A model generated the notes under the pieces. It was given only the letters and a program-made list of their open reading frames with translations. It ran no database searches and was not told where the DNA came from. From IMG/VR virus record IMGVR_UViG_3300012665_000990, positions 9,776-73,775 of that record: a stretch of DNA of 64,000 bases; one strand, written 5' to 3'. Below are positions 20,901 to 30,064 of this stretch, in pieces (positions within the stretch are counted from its first letter, which is position 1; every line of letters starts with the position of its first letter). Made by a program: the position numbers and the translations under genes. This DNA is from a virus. Its lineage: Duplodnaviria; Caudoviricetes.

Positions 20901-20972
20901 GTAGATCCAAACGGATCTGCAACGTTCATATATTTGAACTTCTACTGGTGGCGTATTTCGCAGGTAAATTAA
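17955..20972 (+). CDS. Virion structural protein (1005 aa; fibre-like)
   Basis: Same N-terminal NDGTGEDLRSAFFKVNSNF motif; Ser/Thr/Gly-rich; late promoter TAAATA at 17929. Confidence 0.7.
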   Translation: MTIQYINVGTNANDGTGEDLRSAFFKVNSNFQYLAGLGGETNAGQNIGSGSGIYATKSGTLLQFKSLVAGAGVSITPDTSVITISSTAAQPNTISRIVGNSGSWDITQPNSTLQILGTPGSKATTSVSGNQVYITSNFSIVEDAIPTLGANLDLNEFDIGNIGTDSDEPTVGNINIAGYILANTLTIGRPLPGQPNPGTVTLNASLTVGGATQLSSLDATSINVSGGTLTASTITATSINAATIGNVIGSSNIYGTLVGNINSLYDDAIEVLNTDGPNATFTGNVIGSISGNITGSLVSPGLNLNNSTISGIGNITITGNSSSPIVPFTVVSNYRSPPADPTLPRALEDGPLSAVFAVQQQDTFGFNEAIRLRSYQTNGTQGKFLGAGVMFESINTINNNTIPDLDPEYIFHGFVSMQTYTDPDWSDFVVRTRTNVPLQEFDVLVASGDGRIHASGITINANIISNRLLNYSNFFTSNNPVELDLILTNYASGKYVNFYDAYKFPKTIGSPGQVLTVPAPGSNLLTWTTPSGGGGGGGGATYFVNLLDVPQTYLPSDAEKLVRVNSTYDGLEFASNITATVTGSLVGNASTATILETSRTINGVSFNGSANITFGTDSVSEGTTNQYYTDTRSRNSVSVTPSKALTYTAITGVFDLAESTASTGDTLVKRDASGKIHALTVYTDTLSVDAALSITVANNLTGSFDVNTSGVVSATNFVTTGTGDPTIESAGKIILDPATYIDVSGSKISNLATPTANTDASTKAYVDTAISTVDTAAVKSNIYTADSGGPITVTKGSTLTVEGGTNITTSASSNKITVNLDSTLSNISISGNLPATGNITSSAGYLKAGNIKIDGDAVTQTQTSTDLNLVPGLGGAVAIASYFNLVGTTMAVTGYDTLVIPADSTPVQVDLTTNLTFVRTLDWTGGVGGLANAQIGAGREGQIKTIILETRGVYGDALDTRPRYLVLSGNINGASRVVNIGTVDPNGSATFIYLNFYWWRISQVN

Positions 20973-23900
20973 TGATTTTACTAACATCCGTCCTTAGACC
21001 AGCTTGGCAAACACCAAAAGGAGACTTAGGCAGTTTTGCACAAAGCATTGCAATAGCACCTATTTCGCTAACTGCAACTAACACTTCAAGATATGAAATA
21101 TTATCAGGTAGTTTACCAACGGGATTAAAACTTAATAAAGATTCGGGAAGAATTGAAGGCACACCTATTGATATTAATATCAGTAGAACTTATGAGTTTG
21201 TTGTTAGGGCTAGCAACTTTTCAGGCATTGGTGGCGCCAAAGTAGTTCAAGACAGAACATTCACTATAACAATATTGAGTGGTGTTGCCCCAGTATTGTT
21301 AACTCCTGAAGGATATTTGAATATTGGTTATAATAATGAAAATTATGTACTTAATGATAGTACAATTAATTTCCAATTTCAAGCATCAGCAACCAGTATA
21401 CCAGTAGGTCAAAAATTAAAATTTTATGTAGAAGAAGGTACTAGTAACTTACCTCCTGGATTAAAATTAAGTAGTAGTGGATTATTATATGGCACTATCA
21501 AAGACGATTTAGAATTAGATTATAAAATTGTCAATGGTGCATATGATAAAGATTATTATGATATGAACCCATATGATTATGGGGCAATAGTTGAACCTGC
21601 TACAGCAATTACAGAAGTCACTAACGGACAAATTAGTAATATAACACTAACTGCTAGTGGTTATGGATATCTCCTAAATCCAGAAATAATTATTGGTGGA
21701 AGCGTAGATGCTGTAAGTGTTATTACATCGGGACTAAACTATACAGTTGCTCCAGAAATTATTTTTAGTCCAAGTCCAGTTGCTGGCGGAAGAACTGCCA
21801 AAGGATATGCAGTACTTGGTGATATCTTTGGAGCCAATGGCACGACACAGACAACAATAATTGATGGTGAATATAGTTCTAATATTGCAGACCAAACAAT
21901 TGACGGTGGCACTGCATTTAGTACAGCAGATGATTTTGTAGATGGCGGTGCCGGAAATGTTATCATTTATAACGTCACTGGAAAAGGTGTTGTAGAAATT
22001 GTAGTAACTGACCCAGGAACAGGCTACACATCTCCACCAACTGTTTATATTAAAGAAAAAGATGGCGGTGCTGGTGCAACAGCTGACTGCTTGCTAATAT
22101 CTGGCAGTGGTGCTGTTATTACTGCGCATGTCACAAACGGTAATGTTGTAGAATTAGAAATCGTAAATCCAGGAGCAAATTACGATATACCCCCATTGAT
22201 TAGTTTTGGATTACCAACTGTCGGACCAAAAATTCTAAGCAAAACATATCGTTTTAGTGTAACCGTAAGCAATGGCGAGTTGACTGACACTAAGACATAT
22301 TCTATTATTGTTAACAGTGAAGATTCTTTAAGAGCTGACACTACATTTATTAGTTCTGACAGCGTTGAATATGATTCAAGCAGTACATACGTACAAGCAC
22401 CAATTTGGATTACTGGCAGTGTATTGCCAACAGTCAAAGGTAATAATAATATAACAATTGATTTGGACATATTTGATCCAACACCAGACGTTGGCGAGAT
22501 AGAATTTACTCTAATGCCAACTAATTTTGACGGAAGTTTAAGTCAGTTTGGTCCAATTGATATTAATTCAACATTAGAAGCACCATATAATAGATTCTTA
22601 ACATTGGATCCAATTGGTGGAGAAATAAGTGGACTGGTTCCTTATCAACCAGCAGTTACTAAAGACTATGTATTCACTGTTAAGTGTGCAAGAATTATTG
22701 ATGGTGAAGAAGCAGTAACCACCTTTAAACAATTCTTAATGACAGTTGAAGGAAATATTCAAAGTAAGATATCATACATTACTGACCAAATTGTTGGAAC
22801 ACTGACACCAAACGAACAAAGTTTGTTAAAAATTGTAGCTAGCAGTTCACTACCAAGTGCAAGTGTTAACTATCAACTAATACCTGGCTATGGCACAACT
22901 AAAAAACAAGATTATGTTGAACTTACCCTAAGTGAAAGAAATGGTCGTGTATATGTTGAAGGCTATGGAATTTCTCCAACACTAATTTTAGAAAAAGGTC
23001 AAGCATATAAGATCAACGTTAGTTTAATCAACTTTTCGGCTAGTTTTAGAACATTAAATGATGATTATTATAGTCTTGGTTTACGACATAGTGATAATAC
23101 TATTGGCAACGCCGCACAAGAAAAGAACACTGGATATTTTATTTTTAATGTACCATTTGATGAGTCAGAAAAAATAAAATTACATTATTCTAATACTAAA
23201 AAAGATGGGTTGTTTGTAATATTAAACAAATATGACGAAATAACAAACGCTTGGGAAAGACAAGAATTTAAATCGTTCTTCAATGACTACGATGCAACTA
23301 CTTACTATGAAGGTAATGAAGCCTATGCATATTTCTTAACAGGCAATAAAATACAATTTACTACTAAGAAGTATAATACAGTCACACGTTCTTGGGAAAT
23401 AATTAATATTCCTACACAAAAATCTTTAATCCCTATTCAAGGTGATTTGTGGTTAGATTTAGAAAATAGTAATTTTGGTGTATTAGAGTATAGATACATA
23501 GTTGGTACAACCAGTGCGGCATGGTTTTCTGTTCAACCACCAGTGGTAACAATAGTTCCTGATAATTCAGTTGGCACAAACGGTAGTTATGTTGCAGTTA
23601 ATGATATTAACGGTGTTTATGATATCTATAGACGTATAAACGGTCAATGGAAAATACTTGAAGTTTTAAAATACAATGTTAAATCAACATTTGATCCAAA
23701 TATTTTCTTTAAACCACATATTAAGTCTGAACCAATTACTAATTTGGAATATGACATATGGTGGAAGTATACAACCCCATATGATGGATTTGATGACGAG
23801 ACTTTAATTACTATTAGAGAATTAGGTAATATTCCAAGTGAAATAAGTCTTTCTTTAGATGGTGAGATTGTTGGTAAAATAAGTCCAGGAAATACTTATG

Positions 23901-25147
23901 TTTATAGAAGTATATACAAGGGTAGCACACAGTACACATTAAATGATGTAATAACATTTAATGACGATTTGTATGTGTGTATTAACCAACACGTAACTTC
24001 TGGATTATGGTTAACAGATAGAGATAACTGGAGTTTATTCACATTCCCTAAAAAAATTACAACGTCTATAGATCAAAACAAATATGGTTCAAATAGTTGG
24101 ACGTTAGATGCCAATGAAACTACGATAGATGGAAAAATTAGATTTAGAGTACGTGCTAAAGATAGTCAAAACGTAAGTTATGCTGATAAAGATTTTGATA
24201 TCATTTATAACAATAATACCAACAAGACTCTAACAAACATATACTTACAACCATTCCTAGCTAAAACTTCTAGGGATTTGTATTTTAACTTTATTACTGA
24301 TCCAAATATTTTTATTAACGACTATCTATATCGTTCAAATGATACAAGTTTTGGTGTACAAAGAACTCCTAAAATGTTATTGTTAGGCGGGATCGAAAGT
24401 ACACTTGCGGAAAGATATGCATCAGCAGTTGTTAAAAACTATTATGATAGACCATTATATTTTGGAGATATCAAAACTGCTGTTGCTAAGACACCAGATG
24501 GAACAACGGAATACGAAATAGTTTACGTTGAAATAGTTGATCCTTATGAAATTAACGGCATCAGTGTAAGCGAGCAAATTAAATTACCATTTAATTACGA
24601 TATACTATCAACTGACTATAGTAAAATTAGAGTTGACGAATCAACTATGGTAAATGATTTAAGTAAAAATCCAATAGGGTTAGATACTATATTTCCAAGT
24701 AGTATCACACTGATGCAAAAAGAGTTAGAAAATGTAACTTTAGAAAGAGTTGGATCATTTGCGGCGGTTCCACAAGCAAACATTGAGGATTGGGGTGGAA
24801 TTTTAGACGTAGCATCGTCTGATGACGACTGGGGTCAAGTTGCTGAACGTGTGTTTATAATTGATGATTTCTTACTAGTTATTGAAGCATTAACAAAAGA
24901 TAACAAGTTTAGACCACTATGGATGAATACTAGTCAAGACGGTTCAGGAGTTCCTGTTGGATTCACAAAAGCAGTTCCAATTTGCTATGTGAAACCTGGT
25001 TATAGTGATAGAATCGTAAGTATTATTAAGAAATCGGGGTTCGATTTCAAACAGTTAAACTTCACAATTGATAGAATTATAATTCAAAATCCACAGGGAG
25101 TTACTGGTGATAAATATATTAAGTTTACTAACAGAGAAATTATATGA
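20972..25147 (+). CDS. Large virion structural protein with Ig-like and G-x-G-Y-P repeats (baseplate-like)
   Basis: SGSLPTGLKLN..G.IEGTP and LPPGLKLSSSG.LYGT Ig-like repeats; DPGTGYTSPP repeats. Confidence 0.65.
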   Translation: MILLTSVLRPAWQTPKGDLGSFAQSIAIAPISLTATNTSRYEILSGSLPTGLKLNKDSGRIEGTPIDINISRTYEFVVRASNFSGIGGAKVVQDRTFTITILSGVAPVLLTPEGYLNIGYNNENYVLNDSTINFQFQASATSIPVGQKLKFYVEEGTSNLPPGLKLSSSGLLYGTIKDDLELDYKIVNGAYDKDYYDMNPYDYGAIVEPATAITEVTNGQISNITLTASGYGYLLNPEIIIGGSVDAVSVITSGLNYTVAPEIIFSPSPVAGGRTAKGYAVLGDIFGANGTTQTTIIDGEYSSNIADQTIDGGTAFSTADDFVDGGAGNVIIYNVTGKGVVEIVVTDPGTGYTSPPTVYIKEKDGGAGATADCLLISGSGAVITAHVTNGNVVELEIVNPGANYDIPPLISFGLPTVGPKILSKTYRFSVTVSNGELTDTKTYSIIVNSEDSLRADTTFISSDSVEYDSSSTYVQAPIWITGSVLPTVKGNNNITIDLDIFDPTPDVGEIEFTLMPTNFDGSLSQFGPIDINSTLEAPYNRFLTLDPIGGEISGLVPYQPAVTKDYVFTVKCARIIDGEEAVTTFKQFLMTVEGNIQSKISYITDQIVGTLTPNEQSLLKIVASSSLPSASVNYQLIPGYGTTKKQDYVELTLSERNGRVYVEGYGISPTLILEKGQAYKINVSLINFSASFRTLNDDYYSLGLRHSDNTIGNAAQEKNTGYFIFNVPFDESEKIKLHYSNTKKDGLFVILNKYDEITNAWERQEFKSFFNDYDATTYYEGNEAYAYFLTGNKIQFTTKKYNTVTRSWEIINIPTQKSLIPIQGDLWLDLENSNFGVLEYRYIVGTTSAAWFSVQPPVVTIVPDNSVGTNGSYVAVNDINGVYDIYRRINGQWKILEVLKYNVKSTFDPNIFFKPHIKSEPITNLEYDIWWKYTTPYDGFDDETLITIRELGNIPSEISLSLDGEIVGKISPGNTYVYRSIYKGSTQYTLNDVITFNDDLYVCINQHVTSGLWLTDRDNWSLFTFPKKITTSIDQNKYGSNSWTLDANETTIDGKIRFRVRAKDSQNVSYADKDFDIIYNNNTNKTLTNIYLQPFLAKTSRDLYFNFITDPNIFINDYLYRSNDTSFGVQRTPKMLLLGGIESTLAERYASAVVKNYYDRPLYFGDIKTAVAKTPDGTTEYEIVYVEIVDPYEINGISVSEQIKLPFNYDILSTDYSKIRVDESTMVNDLSKNPIGLDTIFPSSITLMQKELENVTLERVGSFAAVPQANIEDWGGILDVASSDDDWGQVAERVFIIDDFLLVIEALTKDNKFRPLWMNTSQDGSGVPVGFTKAVPICYVKPGYSDRIVSIIKKSGFDFKQLNFTIDRIIIQNPQGVTGDKYIKFTNREII

Positions 25148-25746
25148 CAACAAGTGCAATCAATTACAGTACAATTAACATCAACTTTCCCGCGGCCGGG
25201 CAAGACAATGACTCACAGGGTTTTAGAGATAATTTTGCCCTAATCAAATCTGCATTAGGTACAGCTCAAACTGAGATTACATATCTAAATACCTATGCGA
25301 TTGATAAAACTAAAAATAATGATTTAGGCAGTAATACACTGAGCAATGTATTGCTCAAAGGATCAAGTACTACTAGTCTCACAGCATTAACTTCTGCAGG
25401 TACAACTAACGTTATTACATTTGCAGAAGCACATTATAGACGTTATGCTCTATCAAATGCTGTTAGCACTTTCCAAGTTGACTATTGGCCATTAAGCAGT
25501 AATGGTGAAATTATTTTAGAATTGAGTACTACAGTTACTAGTAAACAGGCGCAGTTCCAAGTTGGCGTTATAAACAGCGCATTAGGCACAGTAACTCAAA
25601 AAATGTACTTGGGCAATCAAGGTTTTGGTAGCAACAATTATATTACTGTTTCCCCAACCACAATTACTGTAGTCAAAATTAGTAGTCCAGATGGCGGTGT
25701 AACTACATTCGTTCGTGTAATTGACACATTTAAATTACAAGCATAA
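25144..25746 (+). CDS. Small virion structural protein
   Basis: FPAAGQDNDSQGFRDNF N-terminus; coupled to the structural block. Confidence 0.55.
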   Translation: MTTSAINYSTININFPAAGQDNDSQGFRDNFALIKSALGTAQTEITYLNTYAIDKTKNNDLGSNTLSNVLLKGSSTTSLTALTSAGTTNVITFAEAHYRRYALSNAVSTFQVDYWPLSSNGEIILELSTTVTSKQAQFQVGVINSALGTVTQKMYLGNQGFGSNNYITVSPTTITVVKISSPDGGVTTFVRVIDTFKLQA

Positions 25747-25985
25747 TGTTTCATCCTTTACAGCCAGATTTAACCACATTGTCTGAGCAAGAGCTTGAAG
25801 ACAAAATAAGAGATTTGACTAAAAAATATTTCTCAGCAATGAGAATGAGTCCACAAGCCGCAGGTCAAGTAGTAATGTTGCTTGACGGCTATAAAGATGA
25901 AAAATTCAAAAGAGAACAAAAACGATTAGACGATGTAAAATCCAATTACAATAGTGATTTGGATGGACTAATCAATATCGGTTGA
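25746..25985 (+). CDS. Hypothetical protein
   Basis: ORF coupled to the upstream gene (TAATG). Confidence 0.55.
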   Translation: MFHPLQPDLTTLSEQELEDKIRDLTKKYFSAMRMSPQAAGQVVMLLDGYKDEKFKREQKRLDDVKSNYNSDLDGLINIG

Positions 25986-26010
25986 CAGTCCGTTAAATAC
26001 CTGTTATATT
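25982..26010 (+). promoter_or_regulatory. Sigma70-type promoter (leaderless) of the DnaE-like fragment
   Basis: TTGACA, 17 nt, TATATT; ATG 6 nt downstream. Confidence 0.6.
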
Positions 26011-26016
26011 AACTTA

Positions 26017-26532
26017 ATGCGAGTTAATGAATACGGTCAAATTCTTAGAACAGAACAAGAAGTAATTGACCTACTATATCAAAATCCCGAGCTAGACATC
26101 AAATCTATCAACGTTGATGCCCAGTCTGTTGATAGGTTCAACCTGTCTGCAAACTTATGTGAAGTAGATGCGTGTCTAAAGCATTTAGAATCCATAACGG
26201 ATAATATTGCAGAATTTGATAGGAAAAATCAACAAGATTGGTTTGTGCCTGCAGAATATAAAAATTTTAAAATCGTAGAATTTTTATTAGATAAAACTGA
26301 AAATGAAGAACAATACAGCAGAGTAGTACAAGAACTTGACTTGTACGTTCAATATGACATGTTTGACCTATTGATATATCTTAAATATCTAGTAGATACA
26401 TTAAGGTCCCAAAATATTGTTTGGGGAGTAGGACGTGGAAGTAGTGTAGCCAGTTATTGCTTATATCTAATTGGAGTCCACAAAGTTAACAGTATGCAAT
26501 ATAATTTAGACATACATGAGTTTTTAAAATAA
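26017..26532 (+). CDS. Short DNA polymerase III alpha-like fragment lacking the catalytic aspartates
   Basis: RVVQELDL..YLI...WGVGRGSSVASYCLYLIG matches the DnaE GxGRGS region; ends at EFLK* before the PDxDxD motif. Confidence 0.75.
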   Translation: MRVNEYGQILRTEQEVIDLLYQNPELDIKSINVDAQSVDRFNLSANLCEVDACLKHLESITDNIAEFDRKNQQDWFVPAEYKNFKIVEFLLDKTENEEQYSRVVQELDLYVQYDMFDLLIYLKYLVDTLRSQNIVWGVGRGSSVASYCLYLIGVHKVNSMQYNLDIHEFLK

Positions 26533-26553
26533 GTAAACGTCTAGGAGACAAAA

Positions 26554-26865
26554 ATGGCAGAAAGAAAAATATACAAAACAATGCAAGGCAAAGTAATTGA
26601 CTTTGATGCGTTGCGTGTAGCAAATGAGTTAGTCCCTGCTGTGGGCAATATGAAAGTAAATGCTCGCGGTGATGAAATTGGTCCAGGAGGCACAGTGGTG
26701 CGTTCAGGTAGCACTATTTCTGAAGAGAGAATTAAAACTGAAAGCGCATCTATTACACAAGTAGATACTTTTGAAGAGGATTTTGGTCCTGAACCTGAAA
26801 TCAGTCCAGAAGAAGCGCAGAAGATTTTAAACAGAAATCGTAAAACTAAACCACAAGAGGAATAA
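26554..26865 (+). CDS. Hypothetical protein preceding groES
   Basis: SD AGGAG; AVGNMKVNARGDEIGPGG core. Confidence 0.6.
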   Translation: MAERKIYKTMQGKVIDFDALRVANELVPAVGNMKVNARGDEIGPGGTVVRSGSTISEERIKTESASITQVDTFEEDFGPEPEISPEEAQKILNRNRKTKPQEE

Positions 26866-26866
26866 A

Positions 26867-27256
26867 ATGGCCGCAGTAAAAGGCACGTTACGTCCATTAC
26901 ATGACAAAGTTATTGTAACGGACATGAACTTTGATATGGAAAAAACTGCATCTGGTATTTTGTTACATAGTGATGACGGTAAAAGTAGCGGCTTACACCC
27001 ACGTTGGGCCCGTGTATTATTTGTTGGTAATGAACAGCTAGATGTTAAACCCGGACAGTGGGTGTTAATGCAACATGGACGTTGGACCAGAGCACACAAG
27101 TATGAAGATCCAGATGGTAATGAAATGGCTATTCATATGATTGATAACAACGGCATATTGGGAGTACAAGACGATAAGCCAGATGAAGACGGTACTCGTA
27201 TGAGCATCGGTGCAATGCCATTTAACATTCCAGGGGCAGGAGGAAATAACCCATGA
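26867..27256 (+). CDS. groES: GroES-like co-chaperonin
   Basis: LRPLHDKVIV, KTASGILL mobile loop, VG..VKPGQWV pattern. Confidence 0.8.
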   Translation: MAAVKGTLRPLHDKVIVTDMNFDMEKTASGILLHSDDGKSSGLHPRWARVLFVGNEQLDVKPGQWVLMQHGRWTRAHKYEDPDGNEMAIHMIDNNGILGVQDDKPDEDGTRMSIGAMPFNIPGAGGNNP

Positions 27257-27612
27257 CAAATCCTTTTAGAGATCAAGAAAAGTTTATGCGAGCTTGTGAT
27301 CAAAGTGTTGATAAATTTGACGAATCACAATACGCAATGTATAAGAGTTTAATTGAAGAAGAATTCAAAGAGCTACAAGAAGCTCACGACATGGAAGCAG
27401 AATTAGATGCACTAATTGATATTCTAGTTGTTACTATTGGTGCAATACATAGTGCAGGCTTTGATGCAGAAGGTGCTTGGAAAGAAGTTATGCGTACCAA
27501 CTTTGCTAAAGTTGATCACGAAACAGGCAAAGTTCGTAAACGTGAAGACGGTAAGGTATTGAAACCCATAGGGTGGATGCCACCGGAGTTAAGTAAGTTT
27601 TTAACCAAATAA
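27253..27612 (+). CDS. MazG/PRA-PH-like nucleotide pyrophosphohydrolase
   Basis: EEEFKEL, ELDALIDILVV, EVMRTNFAK, REDGKVLKP motifs. Confidence 0.8.
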   Translation: MTNPFRDQEKFMRACDQSVDKFDESQYAMYKSLIEEEFKELQEAHDMEAELDALIDILVVTIGAIHSAGFDAEGAWKEVMRTNFAKVDHETGKVRKREDGKVLKPIGWMPPELSKFLTK

Positions 27613-27616
27613 ACTC

Positions 27617-27653
27617 AAAGGGACTTGACAGTCCCTTTTCTTAACTGTATAAT
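27617..27653 (+). terminator. Intrinsic terminator fused with a sigma70 promoter
   Basis: AAAGGGACT-TGAC-AGTCCCTTTT hairpin whose apex is TTGACA (27625-27630), 17 nt, TATAAT (27648-27653). Confidence 0.75.
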
Positions 27654-27689
27654 ATGTTTATAAAACTCGTAGATAAGTTTGGGGGAATA

Positions 27690-28061
27690 ATGGTTAATAA
27701 AGACTTAGAAAAAGAAATAGCATTAGCAGAAGATTTACAAGAAAAACTTAAAGATATTGAAAATCCTAGTATTATTAAGCGCACACGAAAAAAAGTTTCA
27801 CAAGATGTAGCAAGCCCACGTGATGCTGAAGTTGACAAAAGCATTGGTGAAATGGGTGATATGAAACAGAGATTGGATAATATTGCTAACGTTTCAGAAG
27901 CCACAGCATATCCAGATGCCAAAAAACATCAGCACATTAGCTTTGTAAAGAGCTTTTTTAGAATACTTGCAGGTACTGTTTTATTCTTTGGTCATTTTGA
28001 AATTGCAGGTGTACTTTTAATTGTAGCAGAACTACTTGGAATTTATGAGGAAATGGTTTAA
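27690..28061 (+). CDS. Hypothetical protein with C-terminal membrane segments
   Basis: ATG 27690 has a GGGGGA SD; ATG 27654 abuts the -10 box and is unlikely to be used. Confidence 0.55.
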   Translation: MVNKDLEKEIALAEDLQEKLKDIENPSIIKRTRKKVSQDVASPRDAEVDKSIGEMGDMKQRLDNIANVSEATAYPDAKKHQHISFVKSFFRILAGTVLFFGHFEIAGVLLIVAELLGIYEEMV

Positions 28062-28666
28062 TGAATGTGCTGTCATTGTTTCCTACAGCAGTTAGTAGAA
28101 CTAACATTGCTAGGCCATTGACATCTATTGAATATGCTGTTTTTAAAAATATATCTGTAAGGGCGAATGTAGGCAATGTTACTAGTGAAAATAGTATGAT
28201 ACTAGATTTGCCAGAATTAAAAGATATAAAACAATTTATAATTGATAATGTGAATGAATACTTTGAAAAAGTAATCTCACCAAATGATAATGTCGTTCCG
28301 TATATTACAATGAGTTGGGCAAATATAACTAATACGCAAGGTTATCATCATAGACATGTTCATAAAAATAGTATTATAAGTGGAGTTTTTTATCCTAATG
28401 CTGATGAAGATTCTGACTCAATTATGTTTTATAAACCAAGTTATAAATCAGTCGCTTTTACTATAAAGAATTGGAATGTTTGGAATAGTGAATCATGGGA
28501 GATACCAACTGGTACAGGTGATTTATTAATATTTCCTTCAGACTTAGAACATGAAGTCAAACCTGTAAAAAAGATAGATCATGAAAGAATAAGTTTATCT
28601 TTCAACGTTTTTGTTAAAGGATCACTTGGGGCAGGAATTACTTTAGATTATGTGGAGATTAGGTAA
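28061..28666 (+). CDS. 2OG-Fe(II) oxygenase-like protein
   Basis: HRHVH..SIISGVFY, LLIFPSDLEHEV, RISLSFN. Confidence 0.8.
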   Translation: MNVLSLFPTAVSRTNIARPLTSIEYAVFKNISVRANVGNVTSENSMILDLPELKDIKQFIIDNVNEYFEKVISPNDNVVPYITMSWANITNTQGYHHRHVHKNSIISGVFYPNADEDSDSIMFYKPSYKSVAFTIKNWNVWNSESWEIPTGTGDLLIFPSDLEHEVKPVKKIDHERISLSFNVFVKGSLGAGITLDYVEIR

Positions 28667-28956
28667 TGGGTAAAGGTAGTAGAGCTAGACCTTTTAGTGT
28701 TAGTCAAGAGGAATTTGCTAACAGTTTTGAAAAAATATTTGGTAAAAAGGAAAAAGATATGCAAGTAAGAGCAAATCCAAAAGGTAGTATTGGTACTTGT
28801 GGTTGTGGTCGTAGCCCAACAGGCGATTGCTGTGGTTGGCATGGCTTAACTGAAGATCAATATAAAATTAAAAAGGGCGAGTGGGAATTAGAACAATACC
28901 AGAAACAAGCCCAAGAAACATGGAACGACAGTTGCACTAGTGGGAGAGCAGAATGA
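28666..28956 (+). CDS. Small protein with CDGSH-like Fe-S binding motif
   Basis: CGCGRSPTGDCCGWH resembles C-x-C-x2-S-x3-P-x-C-D-G-S-H. Confidence 0.55.
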   Translation: MGKGSRARPFSVSQEEFANSFEKIFGKKEKDMQVRANPKGSIGTCGCGRSPTGDCCGWHGLTEDQYKIKKGEWELEQYQKQAQETWNDSCTSGRAE

Positions 28957-29141
28957 AATCCTGTGTGCTAGTCAACAATCTAACTAATGAACGAACCGAA
29001 TTTTTAGTTGACGGCAACGCTGTAACTGTTAATATATATGAGAATGACCAAATAGGTGACACATTCTTTTTAGATTTTGACACTGCACAATCACTAAAAA
29101 ATCATATTTTAAAAGAAACAAGCTCTAAGGAAATACAATGA
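28953..29141 (+). CDS. Hypothetical protein
   Basis: ATGA-coupled on both sides. Confidence 0.5.
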   Translation: MKSCVLVNNLTNERTEFLVDGNAVTVNIYENDQIGDTFFLDFDTAQSLKNHILKETSSKEIQ

Positions 29142-30061
29142 AAGAATTATGGGTAGAAAAATATCGTCCCAAGACAGTTGACGGTTATGTCTTTAGAGAC
29201 GACAACCAACGTAAGCAGGTACAAGCATGGATTAAAGAAGGTAGTATCCCACACTTGCTATTAAGTGGTAGTCCAGGTATTGGTAAGACTACGCTGGCTA
29301 AACTATTGCTCAATGAGCTTGAAATTCCTGACTATGATATTTTAGAAATTAACGCTTCACGTGAGCGTGGTATCGACGAAGTTCGTGAACGTATTACAAA
29401 CTTTATTAGTATGATGCCATTTGGCCCATTTAAAGTTGTACTATTAGATGAGGCAGATTACTTAACTCCTGCGGCTCAAGCGGCTATGCGTGGGGTTATG
29501 GAAGAATACAGTGGCACAAGTCGTTTTATTCTAACTTGTAATCACCCTAATCAAATTATTCCAGCTATTCACAGTCGTTGTCAACAATTCCACTTTGAAA
29601 AGATTGATCAAACAGAGTTTACTGCTCGTGTTGCCACAATCATGGTGGAAGAAAATGTTGAGTTTGATTTAGACACATTGGATACATTTGTTAAAGTAAC
29701 TTATCCAGATTTGCGTAAGTGTATCAATATGGTGCAACAAAATATACGTGATAGTCAACTGTTAAGTCCTAATGCTAGTGATGCTGGTATGAGTGACTGG
29801 AAGATTAAAATGGTTGAGTTGTTTAAAGCAGGCGAAATTAGCAATGCACGTAAGTTAATCTGTTCAAGTGCAAGACCAGAAGAGATTGAAGGTATCTTCC
29901 GTTGGATGTATGATAACGTTGAACTGTTTAGTGACGATGAAGAAAAGCAAGACCAGGCAGTGGTCATTATTAAACAAGGTATGGTTGATCACACACTAAT
30001 TGCTGATCCAGAAATTAATATGAGTGCAACACTTGTTAAGTTGGCAAAATTAAGCAAATGA
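29138..30061 (+). CDS. Clamp loader AAA+ subunit (T4 gp44/RFC-like)
   Basis: LWVEKYRP, GSPGIGKTT, EINASRERG, LLDEAD, SRC motif. Confidence 0.92.
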   Translation: MKELWVEKYRPKTVDGYVFRDDNQRKQVQAWIKEGSIPHLLLSGSPGIGKTTLAKLLLNELEIPDYDILEINASRERGIDEVRERITNFISMMPFGPFKVVLLDEADYLTPAAQAAMRGVMEEYSGTSRFILTCNHPNQIIPAIHSRCQQFHFEKIDQTEFTARVATIMVEENVEFDLDTLDTFVKVTYPDLRKCINMVQQNIRDSQLLSPNASDAGMSDWKIKMVELFKAGEISNARKLICSSARPEEIEGIFRWMYDNVELFSDDEEKQDQAVVIIKQGMVDHTLIADPEINMSATLVKLAKLSK

Positions 30062-30064
30062 TGT

